Positions 12,131 through 25,236 of a stretch of DNA of 64,000 nucleotides are shown here, piece after piece. The stretch covers positions 1,030,436-1,094,435 of the forward strand of contig SMSO01000031.1 in NCBI GenBank assembly GCA_004764695.1, read 5' to 3'. The stretch comes from Schizochytrium sp. TIO01. Its lineage: Eukaryota > Protista > Bigyra: Labyrinthulomycetes. The notes under the pieces were generated by a model. The model saw only the letters and a list, made by a program, of their open reading frames with translations. It was not told the origin of the DNA and made no database searches. The first letter of the stretch is position 1. Each line of letters begins with the position of its first letter. The translations under genes were made by a program, and so were the position numbers.

Positions 12131-15100
12131 GGTTTCACTTTCTCTGCCTTCGTTTTCTGATTCTATAATATTGAATGAGCTGATTGCGGACTCGGACTGG
12201 CAGCAGAACTACAACTACGTCCGATATCATTGTAGACGATCATGTGTTATAAGCTAATGTAGAAAGTCATGGATTGCCTTTCTTCATCATAGCATTGCTG
12301 CTTGGTTGAGCACGTTGATGTGTCGATATTATGCTCTTAAATTGAAGATTTGCTTAATGTAGGTAATATTTAAAATGGCATTCACTTAGTAGTACTTCAT
12401 ACATGCTATTAGACAATCTTGGTTCCTGCACGCGCGGCTCCTTTGAATATATTTTTAGTCTTCAAAACTTTTTATTTCAAGGACTATTCGTTTTTAATGT
12501 TAAAATAAGAAATATCAAAGGCTTTTCTACATGCTATTTTTATATAGTCAACATCATTATTGTTGGATTTAATAGGTGTCAAGTGAACGACCTACTCATT
12601 GATCAAGATGGGATGCGATAGAGAGAGATCGATGATGACTTGGAATGAGTTATGTTTGAAATAGAGTGGTGTGGTTTGTGCATATTGTGTAATGTTGTGG
12701 AGAGAAGAATGGATTCATTACGAAATAGTGAGATCATCGGCGATACGTCTGTTTCTATCTCGACGCTAATGCCGGCTTACCTAAGTTTTATTTAAAAGCT
12801 CCCTTGCGGATTCGATCGTTGTTACACTACTAAAGTAATGTTCGAATTCAAGAAAATACCTGTCAGACCATTGTTTCTTTGGCTTTGTTTTCGTCTCTCC
12901 TGGACCCGAATGGTTAGTCCATTTTATCTTCCTTCGATCAAAATAACTCGCGATCGTACATCAGATCTCACTCAAGTCTGTCGATTATCAATGTCTTTTG
13001 TTTATGACTTTAATCAATTTTCCATATTATCCCGCCGTTCTTTGTGCAGTTATGAAACCATATCTTTAACCTTGGTAGAGTGGTGCAGCTCGTATGTTTG
13101 GTTGTGCTTTGCTGCATGTTTCTTCGAATTTAATAGTAATTATTCGACTACTAGTGTATCATTTAATTCAGAATCGCCTTTTAAATGGTATTATTTAAAA
13201 ATAAAATAAAAATCTGAATTAATCAGAAAGGAAAAAAAAAATGGAGAGGGGAGGACAGTTTAAAAGTTTTTGGAGGCAAATGAGAACTTGAATAAAAATT
13301 CCTGTTGCAAAAGAGAGGAGAAAAGTAAAGAAGGATACAAAAGCCTGAATACACGGGCTCGACTAAAACACCGCTTCACATACAGAAATGTTATCATGTA
13401 CCTTGGTAGACTATCGTTGCAAATATCAGTACTCGTCTTTGTCTGTTAGCCTGTATCTTCTTCAGTTGTAGTTCTCTGTGTTGCTCCAATTTTGCATTCT
13501 TAATAAATTAAAAAATTGCATTATCTTATTTTATTCCTTTTCTTAACCGCTTGCTTTGCAAAATCTGATATTGTTCGCGCGTCTGTCAAAAGATGCTCGC
13601 AAACCCCCAAGAGGGTGGCCTTCCGCCATCACGATGCTCGCGATCCGTAGCGAAGGAAACTGTAGATGAAGTGAAGATTCGTTCGATTGTTAAAAGTATT
13701 CTAGTTGTAAAAAGTCTAGTCTTGGATATTAGAGCAAAATTAAATGCTCTGCGCCCAACAAGCTGGGGTGGACCAAACCACTCAAACGTCTCCTCTACTC
13801 GCCTGAGAACTTTAGACGCCACCCCAGAATACTGCAACCCCAGTCTCGATAACCCAACCAACCAACTAATCAACCAGGCAAATTATCAAGCTTTCAATTG
13901 CTCATGCAAGTTTATGAAAGGCTTTATCAACCGTTCGAAGGATATAGGTAACATTTGCACGTATTCGAGGGAAGCTGCAGTCTTGTGTTTTTATAGAAAC
14001 AAATTGTCTGCGAAAGCCAACGAATAGCAGCAACAGAAGCCTGTATGAAACTGTCAAAGCAGTGCCGATCACAATACGCCAAAGATCACATCAGGTTGCG
14101 CTCATATTTAAAAATATTAGAGTCTTGGGAGGTGCCAGCAAGAGAGCAAAACCCCGATATGGTGCTTTAAATGATGCTTTGTTCTAGATACTGAGCATAT
14201 CATTTTGATCCACATAATTCACCTCTTTTGTTTGCTCAAATGGATGATTCGTTTTTTGCCGGGAATGATAGGTATTATAAGGGCTTGCAGGAAGAAAGAA
14301 TGCAGTGTCGGAGTTCCAAGGAGCGTATTTAATTATTTGTATTCTAACTGAAGTCATCTATCATTGCGAATAGGGTATAGTAGTAAATTGAGGCAATAGT
14401 CTCACGCGTAGAAACCTATAGTTCTGTTTTTTCACCCCCGTCAGAGTGGTGGTGCTGGAAATAACTTTTTGATATCGCCACACTTGCCTAATTATTTTTA
14501 GAACTAAAAAAAAAAACTTTAAAAAAAAACTGTCTACTATAGTAATTTAGAAAAGAAAAAAAATCTTAATTATCATTCATCAATAAAATATATCAAACTA
14601 TGATGAAAATTGTTCTATAAATGTGTGATGGTGTAGACTGAATCTTCATAAAGTAGAACTTTAAGCTCTCATTCTTAATCGCTGCGTCTTCATCATGTAA
14701 GTACAGCTTCTCTCGTTCTGCATTTGTTACCTTTAAACGATCCTTAGAAGATCTGTTCTTCCGAACTCCAACCATGTTTCAATATTAAAGAGAACGTCGG
14801 TATGCTAACAGAAGATACAAAAAAGATATGACCTATATTTCTCAAGAGAGAACTTACAGAATAACATCGCTTTGAAATATGGGCGCGCAAACAGCACGCG
14901 GTACTTTCAGCAAGATATGCAAGAGCTCAATAGTAGCCATTCTATTCTGGACCTGCATTGTGGCTCCCTTTCCAATCTACTGCTTGCTAACTGCAATATA
15001 TGTCAGTTTGCAGCAATCGAGCATGGACACCCCAGGATTTTCTTCACTGCTACTAGAAGGCAGAGTATACAGGACCTTCATAAACCAATTTTACTTCAAA

Positions 15101-17579
15101 TATGTTGCAGTCCTATGGCATAGTCCACACAAGATATCCTAGGGATGGCAGCTTTAGCCACTCAAGAAAGGGAGGGCAAAGCAGCCCAATATTCTCTTCC
15201 CGCTGCAGCAAAGTTTTGAGCGCATTCGGTTCTACATTTCGCCAGTAGATACAGATGAGTAAGACCTAGGCTCATCAGAACTTTTGAGAACATGCTGATT
15301 CAATGCAATTACAAATACATAGCAAAGGATCCCAAAGTACTTGGAAAGTACTTGAATTCAATTAACTTTTGAAAATAGGAGGAATGGGCCACGACTTGAC
15401 CAGCAACAACTAAGTACATGACCATCCAAGACTGGAAAGGGGGAGGGGGACTTCTCCATTGTTTTGAACCGCACGCGCGGGAAGAAGCCCAAGGTAGGTG
15501 GGTTATTATAAGAGTCTCCGCACGCACGTGCTGCACATGTCTTAATTTGTTTATATCATAACCCCTTGAAAGGATAAGTTGAGGACTTCAATTATATCAA
15601 ATGGGGGTAGGGAATGAGTGGCATATCTTAAAGAATATAAACATTCTCGAAATACTTTCAAATTACCCCTGTGTGTGATCTTGGGTTGCATTTTTACTAC
15701 TGTGTGCGACAGTTACTGACAAGAGGAATGAGAGCCACTTTCTGCTTCTTCCATTCTCTCTCATCAAGTTTTTTTTTTTTTTTTTTTTCGCAAATTATAT
15801 ATCAACCCATTCCTTTGTTTTTGACTTTATTCGAAAAAAAATAAAATAAAAAATTAATCTCAACAATTGAATACTTTAGTAGTTTTTTTTATTCCTAGTA
15901 GTCTGCTATAATATTTGGCCTAGGGAGAATTTTCAACTTGTCGCTAGGAAAAAAATAAAATAAAAATAAAATATGAGACAAAAAACGAGCACTTTCAATC
16001 TCGATCTCGATCTTAGATGCTGTTGAATATGCATTTAAGGTGGTGGGGATTGTGCGAGTTCCTCTTGTCAAATACTTAGGTACCTTCTACAAAGGTGGCC
16101 GATCGAAAAGAACCTCACGAACAATCAGGGTCTAGCGAGTGTTGTGGCACAGCAAGCGCGGTCGAACTAAGCATCAATTGTAAAATGCGATTTTGATGCC
16201 TGATATTGCGATAAAGACGACATCCTATTCGAGAATATTTTTATTTTTTACTTTTAAAAAGTTAAATGTTCCAAATAATAATAATAATATGTCTATTAGG
16301 GCCATCATGTCACAAGTTGGACACCTTCGCCTCCTCCACCTCCGCCATCACCACGACCACCACTTTCGTTGTTGCTTTCTGACCATCCAAGTTGACCCAG
16401 CACTTTTCGGTCTAAAATCAGGGGTATAGTAAGGAGCATCATGCTCATGAACTGCTTTTCCTTGAAGAGTAATCTAATTTTACTATGTATGCTCGGTTTG
16501 AAATATTGTATGGTGGGCCGCTCTAATTTTCTTCGTAGTAGGCTTGGGTGCTTTAGTTTGTGATAGCTTATCGATTAGCTTGGGCTTCATCACAAAATCT
16601 GAACCTTTAGAGTGATAGAACGCTCCACCAATAAGAAAAGCACAAGATAGGGTATGCCAGCATCGATGGCTACGATCAAAAATGGCCGGCAGCACATCCA
16701 TCCACATACTTTTCTTGTCGCTTCAGTGCTATTTATTATCACTGCTTGCTCTACAGACCGTGCGAGCAGCTTGCGACAGAACTACATGTGGTGAAATTGA
16801 AAGGGAACACCTTATTTTATTTTATTTTCCTTTTTTCCATAGAGAAGCAAGGGAGAATGAGAAGAAAAAAGGTACGAAAAAGCTTTAATCACTTCATCGC
16901 AATCGATGCTCTCGAACAGGCAAAATCTTGCGCTTCACGAGCGAACTTGGTTTCCGAGCTCATGTAAAAATTCAAGCCCATGCTGATGTGTTTCGGAAGA
17001 GTATTTATACATGATTTAGACTTTATAGTTATTTCGTTCACCTGTTATCGCAAAATTTCAATTTTATTTCCAGAAGAAGTAAGACATTTTTCCTTAGTTC
17101 TATAACCTGAAGTACAGCTCGGAGAGACCATGCTACACTTCTGTGCACCTGCTGTGCGTGGTGGATGCGGCTGGAGCAGAATGGGCCTGCGCCGCAAATT
17201 GAAGCTTCGCTCACTGCTGTACTGCTTTCAACCGCAGTAGTTCCTGTACTTTCCTCATGCGCGTCCGCACTGCACTGCCGCAAGTCTCGCCTGTCAGATG
17301 TCGGCGAAGGCTTTGTTGCCTTCATTCATTTCTTCTATTCTCTTCTTTTTTTTTTTTAAAGGCTCTTCTCTTCATTTCTAAGTAGTTTTGATAATAATAG
17401 AGACATAATCTTACAATGCTTCATGATACTGAAATAAACTGAACTGAAAGGAGATGAAAATGGAGATGAGGAGTTACCAGTGGTGAGAATATATATAGAT
17501 ATATATTGACAATGTTTCGTCTAGAAAATTGAAGTCCATCGCATCGACCTCACGATCTGGCATTTCGGAGAGCTTTTAC

Positions 17580-18080
17580 CAGCGTCCCATTGCGTCTTTA
17601 TCAAGGTCTGCGAGACTGTGAAGACCTTGCTACGGGTGCCACGCTGGATATGGAAATTTTTGAGACTTACCTAGGCGTCCGTCGCTGTGTTTGCTTCAGA
17701 CTGCCTAAATTGATAGTACCTACCCACTAAATGGTTATAATGTATGTGCAAGAATATCAAAGAATGATGGTAATAAGAAATGGACGAGTTTTTTTTAATT
17801 TTACTTTTAAATAATTAAAATTAAAAATTAAATCAAAAGTTAAGACTCAGGCTATTTATTTGTTTTACAAGACAAAGACAAAGAAATATTGTTAGAAGAA
17901 ATAGTCATTTGATGAGAATCCCGTGCACGCGCGAGCTGGCAGCCAACCATGAGGCTCGCCAGAACTCCTGCAAGAAAATGTTGCACCCAGCTGTTGCATC
18001 GGCTTGGGTGTTAGCGCATGGGAGGCGTCGTGCTGGCCAGCTAATGGCTGATGGTCTAACCAAGGTGCATGAGATTTGAG
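17580..18080 (+). mobile_element. Degenerate Ty1/copia RNase H relic B
   Basis: PIASLSRSARL*RPC / ATLDMEIFETYLGV at 17585-17680 (cf. W.S.RL.RV..STLAAE). An AT-rich gap follows, then GQLMADGLTK (MADGLTK at 18044-18064), which is the copia RNase H terminal motif. Confidence 0.5.
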
Positions 18081-18176
18081 AAGAACCTCGAAGCCGCAGC
18101 CACAAATGACAACACCGTTTGTGCAAATTTACGTACTCGACCAGCTGTACTTTACCTACGTAGCACTCAAAGACGA

Positions 18177-18635
18177 TTATAGTAAAATCTGGACGGGACC
18201 TGGGAGTGAGCAGTCATGGTGTAATGATAAGGGCTCGAAGAAGGGGTTTGTGAAAGGAAAACAAGATTTTGGGTGGTAGTACTTGTGCTTCAAAGTTTGT
18301 TTTCCAGTATAACTGTGAGCTGTGAATGGTCCTGGTTGGTCACTCAGCGGGATGATGTTGTGCAAAGAACGGATAAGAACTTGAGCTTGGAATGAATAAG
18401 TCAATGGCCAGGATGAGAGATCAAATATCACGGTGACCATGTCTTTTGTGCGCACGTTTAACCGCATCCTATGAATACTCTTCAGGCAATCGAGAGATTT
18501 TCTATTACCGTAGCCGCGGCAAAAAATTCGCTTGTCACCGATCGTGGATGCGTCGAAAAGTGATCTCGTGATGCCGCTGAAGGGAAAGTCGATTTCCTCA
18601 CCCACGCAAGCACCCACCTCAACTGGTGACAACAA
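18177..18635 (-). pseudogene. Possible SPRY-like domain fragment
   Basis: Short non-ATG ORF containing VEVGAC...TKDMVTVIFDLSSWPLTYSF, similar to SPRY GDxVxVxxDLxxxxLxF. There is no supporting gene context. Confidence 0.25.
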
Positions 18636-21600
18636 ACTCCGAACCTAGTGGGAACCAACATCATGATCGTCAAAGTAACTAGGTACCTACCTACATTAAG
18701 TAGTGGCAAAACCAGAACTAGCATGCATTTAGAAAAGGCTACCATAGTACCTAGAATATGTTTCATGATCATGAATTGCAATTGCAACCGCTACGATAGC
18801 TAGCTAGCACTTATCAAACTGGAAGTCCTTGCTTTGCCTTAATGAAAGGCGCCACTTATACTGCGGCGAAACGAGTACTTATTACAATGGGCTTTGAAGG
18901 GTGCCGGACACCGATGTGGCTGGTGGATTGTTTTGGTTATAAATGATCAGCCTCTGCACGTCATACCAAGTAGAAAATACCAGCGTGTTTTTGGTACAGG
19001 AACGACAGGACAGAAACGCAAATGATAAGCCTTCAAGTCTGCTATGTGGGAGCGTTGCTTTCACTCGTAACGCATATTTATTTATGGTGGCAGTAGCGCC
19101 TAGGTACTCAAACTTTAACCAAGATTATCCGCCGCCGCAAGAGTAATCCCGCAAACCAACTTTCTCACAAAGATAGCACTGCAACGATTCCCTTGATCAG
19201 TAAAAAGCACTAGTTACATAATTTCCTCACTGGCACAAAGAAGTCAGAGGGAGGAACAACGATTGAAATAAGAAAACTGCTGTATATGTATATGGCCGTA
19301 TGGTCGTGCCTAGCGCTTGCGCACTTCAAGCTAGCCGATCGCCTAGCAGATTGATTGGCTGACTAGTTGGAAATGAGTAAATTGTTTTCCTGCCGAGATT
19401 ACTTTTTCCAAATGATGGTCAGAGGTGGGAGCTCACTCGAAAAGCTATACCAGTAGGTACTACTGCTCGTAGTTGGCACGGAGTTAGTGGAGGCCTACGA
19501 ACAGATAGTATTTAGTGAGTGCGCCTAACCTTCAAGCCGCTCTGGAGAACTCTGTTGTATCTTGCTGAATGTCGAGAGACCGGGCCTCTCTACAACTATA
19601 TAGATCACGATAATTCTAGCAGCAGCCGCTGTGCAGTTTCTGCAAAGCACGCAGTTTCATCAATGACTTCTGCGCTTCATGAGTTGTCCTGAGACGCTAG
19701 CTTCAGCCGAGCATTGGCTTGACAATCAAGAACCTTGGTACCCAGATAATCAACTGCATTATCAAAACCAATCCATGATTTGCTTGCTTCATAATTATCA
19801 TTGTATTTTCTGAAGAAAGGCAAACACTTTCCTGTTCCACGAAACTCTCTGCAATCCCAACACGTCGGTCTTTTGCTTTGTCTGAGCTAAATGATAAAAG
19901 GATGCCTGCGCAAGCGAACGCACAGAGTAATGTTTGGTTTACTTCTTTGGTCTCTCCAGCTGTTATTTGTTAATTTTAGGAATATACTCAGGACCGCATC
20001 TGCGCACTTTTGGAGGACAATATGCATTTATTCTGGCCGAGTAAGCTCGAAAAGTTTAAACAGGCCTAAAGGAACGAAGCAAATGCCATTTTGTCCAAGA
20101 GAGGGAACGAGTTTCTCAAATAAGTAGAGTCAAATATCCTCCTAAAATCAAATACTACCTGTGCTTCTGATAAGGTTTTTCTTCCAGACAAGAGCTTGAA
20201 AAGGCAAGGTGCTTCTGGTGCGGAGATGTATGCACGTAGAAATGCTAAAGATATAATATTAGGAACTACTTTGACATGGAACATGAAATGCATCGCAGTT
20301 CCTAAGAGTTACTGAGGCGTCTATATGTGCATAGATCGCTTTTCCAAAAATAACCTGTCGTGGAAATATGTCTCCGCCCGTAACGACACGTATTGCCTTT
20401 TCCTTTATATATTTAAGAAAAAAGAAAAGAGTAGTGAATCTTTAAAATGCAATATATTCCTTAACGTCAATTGGATAATTCAGATACACTTGTTTTTTCC
20501 TTGGAGTGAGTGGGTGGGTGAAACCCAGGAACACCCTCAGGTTTGCAAATACTATGAATTATCAGTCTCGATACTGTTGGTGCTGTATATTTCACAAAGA
20601 GAACTCCCCATGAACGGAGCCTATCGCAACGTCTTCGCCAGTGTTTGTACAGCCACTTGTCTCAATCCCATATGGGTTAAGTCGAAAAATAAATGAATCA
20701 GTATCATTAAGCAAACACATTCCATTTGAATTTCTCGACAAACAGATAGATTTCCTCTAGATTAGATTCATCTCAAGTACGGCTCGAATGCTGTTATTGT
20801 ATCACCCGCGCAGGCTGCATTAGAACTGCCGCCATAATAGTGAAATCTCCGTTCTGTTTTAGACGCTACCTTTGCAAGCGGCTGTCGGGTCCGTTTTCTT
20901 CTGAGACCGGACATTTCCTGCCTGCGGATCTTTTAAAATTACAATACACTAACCATTTCATTAGTTTGGGCTAGCTTTTTAAATCCAGCGCTGCTAGTTT
21001 GCATCACTAAATTTACTCCCTTCAAAGTTCGTTTTTTTATTTGACTTATCGCACTTTTTATATAAAACTTTGAGAGTTATTTTGTAAGAGCAAAAAAACA
21101 GAAAGAAAGGATTCAATCGAAATTGAAGAATGTTTCGGTCTCACCGGCTTAGGTGACATGGTCGCTCCTTCTTTGTTAGAGCTATTGAACAATCATGCTG
21201 ATAAGCAGACCTTCTGACTTGACGCTAGAATTATATTTATGGAACTAGACGTCTCCGCTATTTAAGAAGAAACGGCTGTTGAGTACCTGCTCAAGTCGTT
21301 CTCCGAAGAGACCTGGGTTCTTGTTTTAATGCTTTTGTCTACGTCCCAATTTACAATCAAAGAAGCTTTACTGAGGAATTTTAATCCCCTAAAGATGTCG
21401 GCCTCATTTTGAGAAAGGAAGCGTTTTATTTTTGGTGGGGGTACTTCTCTTATCACACCTTGATTAGCTCCATTCTAATCTACTGCAAAGGCGAAACCTA
21501 GTAGGTAGACCCTGCCATCCCGTCCTCAATCAAGCCGCGGTCTTTCAAGATGAAAGCACGTCTTCTTTACTCTGGCCCCACCTTTAAAAGTTCTTCCGAA

Positions 21601-23781
21601 TGTTGATATTAGGTAGCTCTGAGTTCTATCCACGAAACCCCTATCCCGAGTCAGCGCAATTGATCGAAAAGCATCACGACGAATGGATTTGGAGCAGTAA
21701 GCTACGAGACAAAAGAGCATTTATGTTACTAACGCATTCTGGTTGGATCTTTCAGCAGCCTAGCAAAAGAAGAGTGCACTAAGTGTCTCGTGGTTTCTAT
21801 CCTTTGAAAGATGCGATCTGAGCAGCAAATCCCTGAATTATTTTGGGCAGAGAAAAAGAAAACATAAAATCCTACACTGATGATGACAAACGAAAACGCT
21901 GCTTACCGCGGCGATTTGCATGACACGATGATGTCTATGTCAAGACCGTTTACGCTGTGAGATCTGTTTCACCTTGCTCGAGTGCAGAGTCTTGGCGAAG
22001 GTGACCAGGACTCAGATCAAATTGTCAATGACTCCCATGATCGAAACATTCTTACATCCTTCTCTGAAAACTGTCAAACGTGATGATGCTTTATCATTTT
22101 GGTCAAACGAGCCCCGAGGTCTCAATATATTTGCAATTTTCCAGCTCGGTCTACAGCTGACCTCCTCCTGCCCTTCCAGGAGCTTCCTTGTTTACTATTC
22201 CTCTGTTGCGAAAACTAGACTCCTTTAAAAGGGGATATTTTATAAGCAACCACTCCACTGCTAATCAAATCACTTGCAGGCAGCTGAACAGGAAACAAGA
22301 ATGCTGGACTGCCGCGTGCCGCACACCCTTGAAGTCTCTAGCTAGATGAAAGAAGCAAGATTTTTCGAGGTTTCAAGGCTGTTTGTTGCCACTGAAAGCT
22401 TCAATCGAGATTGATCTTCGAGCAGAACTACATTCGATCCTACAAGCGTCGAGAGCTTCCCGCCAGAGCCTGTCTCGATGATCCCGAAAGAGAGTTTGCC
22501 TCTTCAATCTGCAGGTTATGTTTCTAGCTCTGGTAACAAGTCATCTTGAAGGGAGCTGACCTAAAGTGCGCACCTCTGAAGTGTTGCAAAGCACATGCGA
22601 TGAGATGCCAAACCAAAAACGTCAATTGCAGGGCAAGGAGCGCCTTTAGAGACGCCTATTTCGACGGTGCTACGCCAAATGCATTGTGTGCCCTTCAGTC
22701 GCCACTTCTCGAGGTATCCCAGCCCGAACGAGATCAACTAGCCCAGCCTGAACCTCAACAGCTTGAAGCTCTACGTCCTTGGGACCCTCCCATTATTAGT
22801 ACACACCGGTGTTTCTCTGCGTATGTGTCACTCCAGGACCCCACGGTCACGATAACTGCTATTCGGGGAGTTATCACCACTCTTAGGTAGTACCTAACTC
22901 TAACTGTCGTTGGGGCATGCTAGTCGTTCGCTAGGACTTCCTATTCGTCGCTTTGTGAAAACTTCGGCTGCGCCTCACCAGGGATGGATTGGCTTTGGAG
23001 GGCTGACAATGCAGTCTAATAAGTGACGTGCCGCTGATATATCCTCCCATCGCCAAAAGTGACAGCTATCTCCATTGATTCGGCGTCTTATATGGCTTGT
23101 GAGTATTGCCGTGGACAAGGCTTTCGATTGCATTATGTACAGCACATTACATTACACCAACGAAAGAAAACGAGAGACTAGAGGACATATAACTTAAACA
23201 GTAGCACCTCCGGCACCGCACTTTAGAAGCTAACGACCCCGCTTGGCCTCACTTGGCTTTGCTATTGTCTAGTTTGGGGCTGTATAGTCTACTTGTAGGC
23301 AGGTTTGTTCTATAGTAATGGTTGGGAATAATTCATAGTAGATGGGATCGAATCCTGTCTTGTGCACTTGGAGTTTAAGTGAAAGAAATGAATGAAGGAT
23401 GATTGTTGAGTGATCGATCATTCCGCAGAGCGATCAGTCCGTCAAAGTCGGTTTGCGTTGGGATTGATCAAGGCAGTTCTGCCGCTTGCGTTGCGCTGGG
23501 TGCAGATTGGAGGTTTCTTGTTAGGCAGCACGACGTCTCAGGAGCCCAAGGACGTGCCGACCTCGTCCACAGGTGCCACGCAGCAGAGGCTCCTCGTGCA
23601 GCGACAGTCGAGCAGCCGCGACCAACGCGTGACCATCAAAGCATCGCAGCTAAATTCTGATCCGAATTTGGAGGCCCATCTTGAGCACGCTGACAACGAG
23701 GGTGTAGTGCAGATCAACGACTTGCAGAGGGAATTGGGAGATCTCGATTGTGACGAAATCTGTAGCAAAATTTGTAGCAGA

Positions 23782-25236
23782 ATGTCTGAAGAAATGGCCT
23801 ACATCCCGCGCCGCGGCCTCAATGCGCTGCTGCATTACAAATATGCCGGTGGCGAGTATTCGTGGCTTGACAACAAGCTCAACCCATTCTGGGCTGCTGC
23901 TGCTGAAATGTTGCCCGACACCATGGCTCCTAACCTCGTCACTCTTGTAGGCCTGGCACACCTTTTTGTCATTGCGGCGCTCGCTCTCATTTACGATCCC
24001 CAGCTCCGCGGAGAGAGCCCATCCTGGGTTTATCTTGTCAACGCCTACTGCATCTTTATGTACCAGGTATGTTTTTGATCCCTTCTGGACAGCTTACGCG
24101 TGTGCGCACTTGGGTTTACCTACCATCAAAGATACAAGAGAAACGTCTTGATATCAAAATTGCGTCATAGCTGGAACTACAATGCCTAGTGCATCCTTTT
24201 TTTTGAATTCTCGTCTGACTAACTCGCTGCCATATTGCACTCAATTTTTTTTTTTGTAAATCTGCTAACTCTTGTATCACGGATATTCACGTTTGGTGGC
24301 TCTACAACTCTCACGGGGATATGATTGGGAAAATAATAGACCTTTGATGCCATGGATGGCAAGCAAGCTCGCCGCACGCGCTCTTCCTCCCCTCTCGGCC
24401 AGCTTTTTGATCACGGATGCGACTCGCTCGGTACCAACTTCATTGGTCTTGGACTTTGCAGTCTCATGGGCTTTGGACCTACTCTCAGTACCATGATCTC
24501 GCTCGCCACCCTGCAAATCCCATTCTTTCTTTGCCAGTGGGAGGAGAACCATGTGCACATTCTCCGTGCCCAGGTTGCTAACTTTGGTGTCACTGAGGGT
24601 CAGTACCTGTCTGTCGCTCTGAACATCATCACTGCTATCTTCGGCGCTGGATTCTGGAGTGCCAAGATCAACCATGTTCTCAGCAAGTTTGTCCACATTA
24701 CCATCCCTTTGGAGTTTCTTGACGAGCTTGAGGTCAGAAATGTTTCGCTCGTCATTGCGGCCTTCTTTCCGACCATCCTTGCCGTGACCAGTATCATTAA
24801 TGTTTACAAGTCTCCGGGCAACTTCAGCCGGGCACTGATCTTGGTTATCCCTCTCGTTCTCGCCCAGGCCTACCAGTGGAGCATTTACCTCTTCTCACCT
24901 GCCAGTGTACTCTTCCATGCTTACCCTATTCCCTTTGTCATCCTCCTCGGCATGCTTCACTCGCACCTGTCTAACCGCATCATTGTCGCTTCGGTTTGTC
25001 ATATTGAGGCTCCTCTCTTCCAGCGTATCCTTTACCCCATCCCCTTTATGATTGCCATCTTGGCCTACGCTGATGACCTTCCCAAGCCCAATGCCGACCT
25101 CGTAACCGCCATTGAGGCCGCTCTCCTTGCTCATGCTGTCGCCATTTTCTTGCAGTACGCTCACTTTGTTATTTGGGTCACTAACGCCATCTGCAAGCTG
25201 CTCAAGATTCGTTGCTTCTCTATTGTCAAACCTTAA
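23782..25236 (+). CDS. CEPT1: Choline/ethanolamine phosphotransferase (CDP-alcohol phosphatidyltransferase); exons 23782-24066 and 24340-25236
   Basis: Exon 1 carries YKY..S..D...PFW..APNLVTLVG and ends FMYQ|GTATGT. The intron is 24067-24339 with a GCTAAC branch site. Exon 2 (TFDAMDGKQARRTRSSSPLGQLFDHGCD) restores the CDP-alcohol motif in frame. Confidence 0.94.

Noticed and set aside
13593-14027. 144-aa ORF with PQEGGL (non-LTR RT-like)
   Set aside because: A single short motif with no other RT features.
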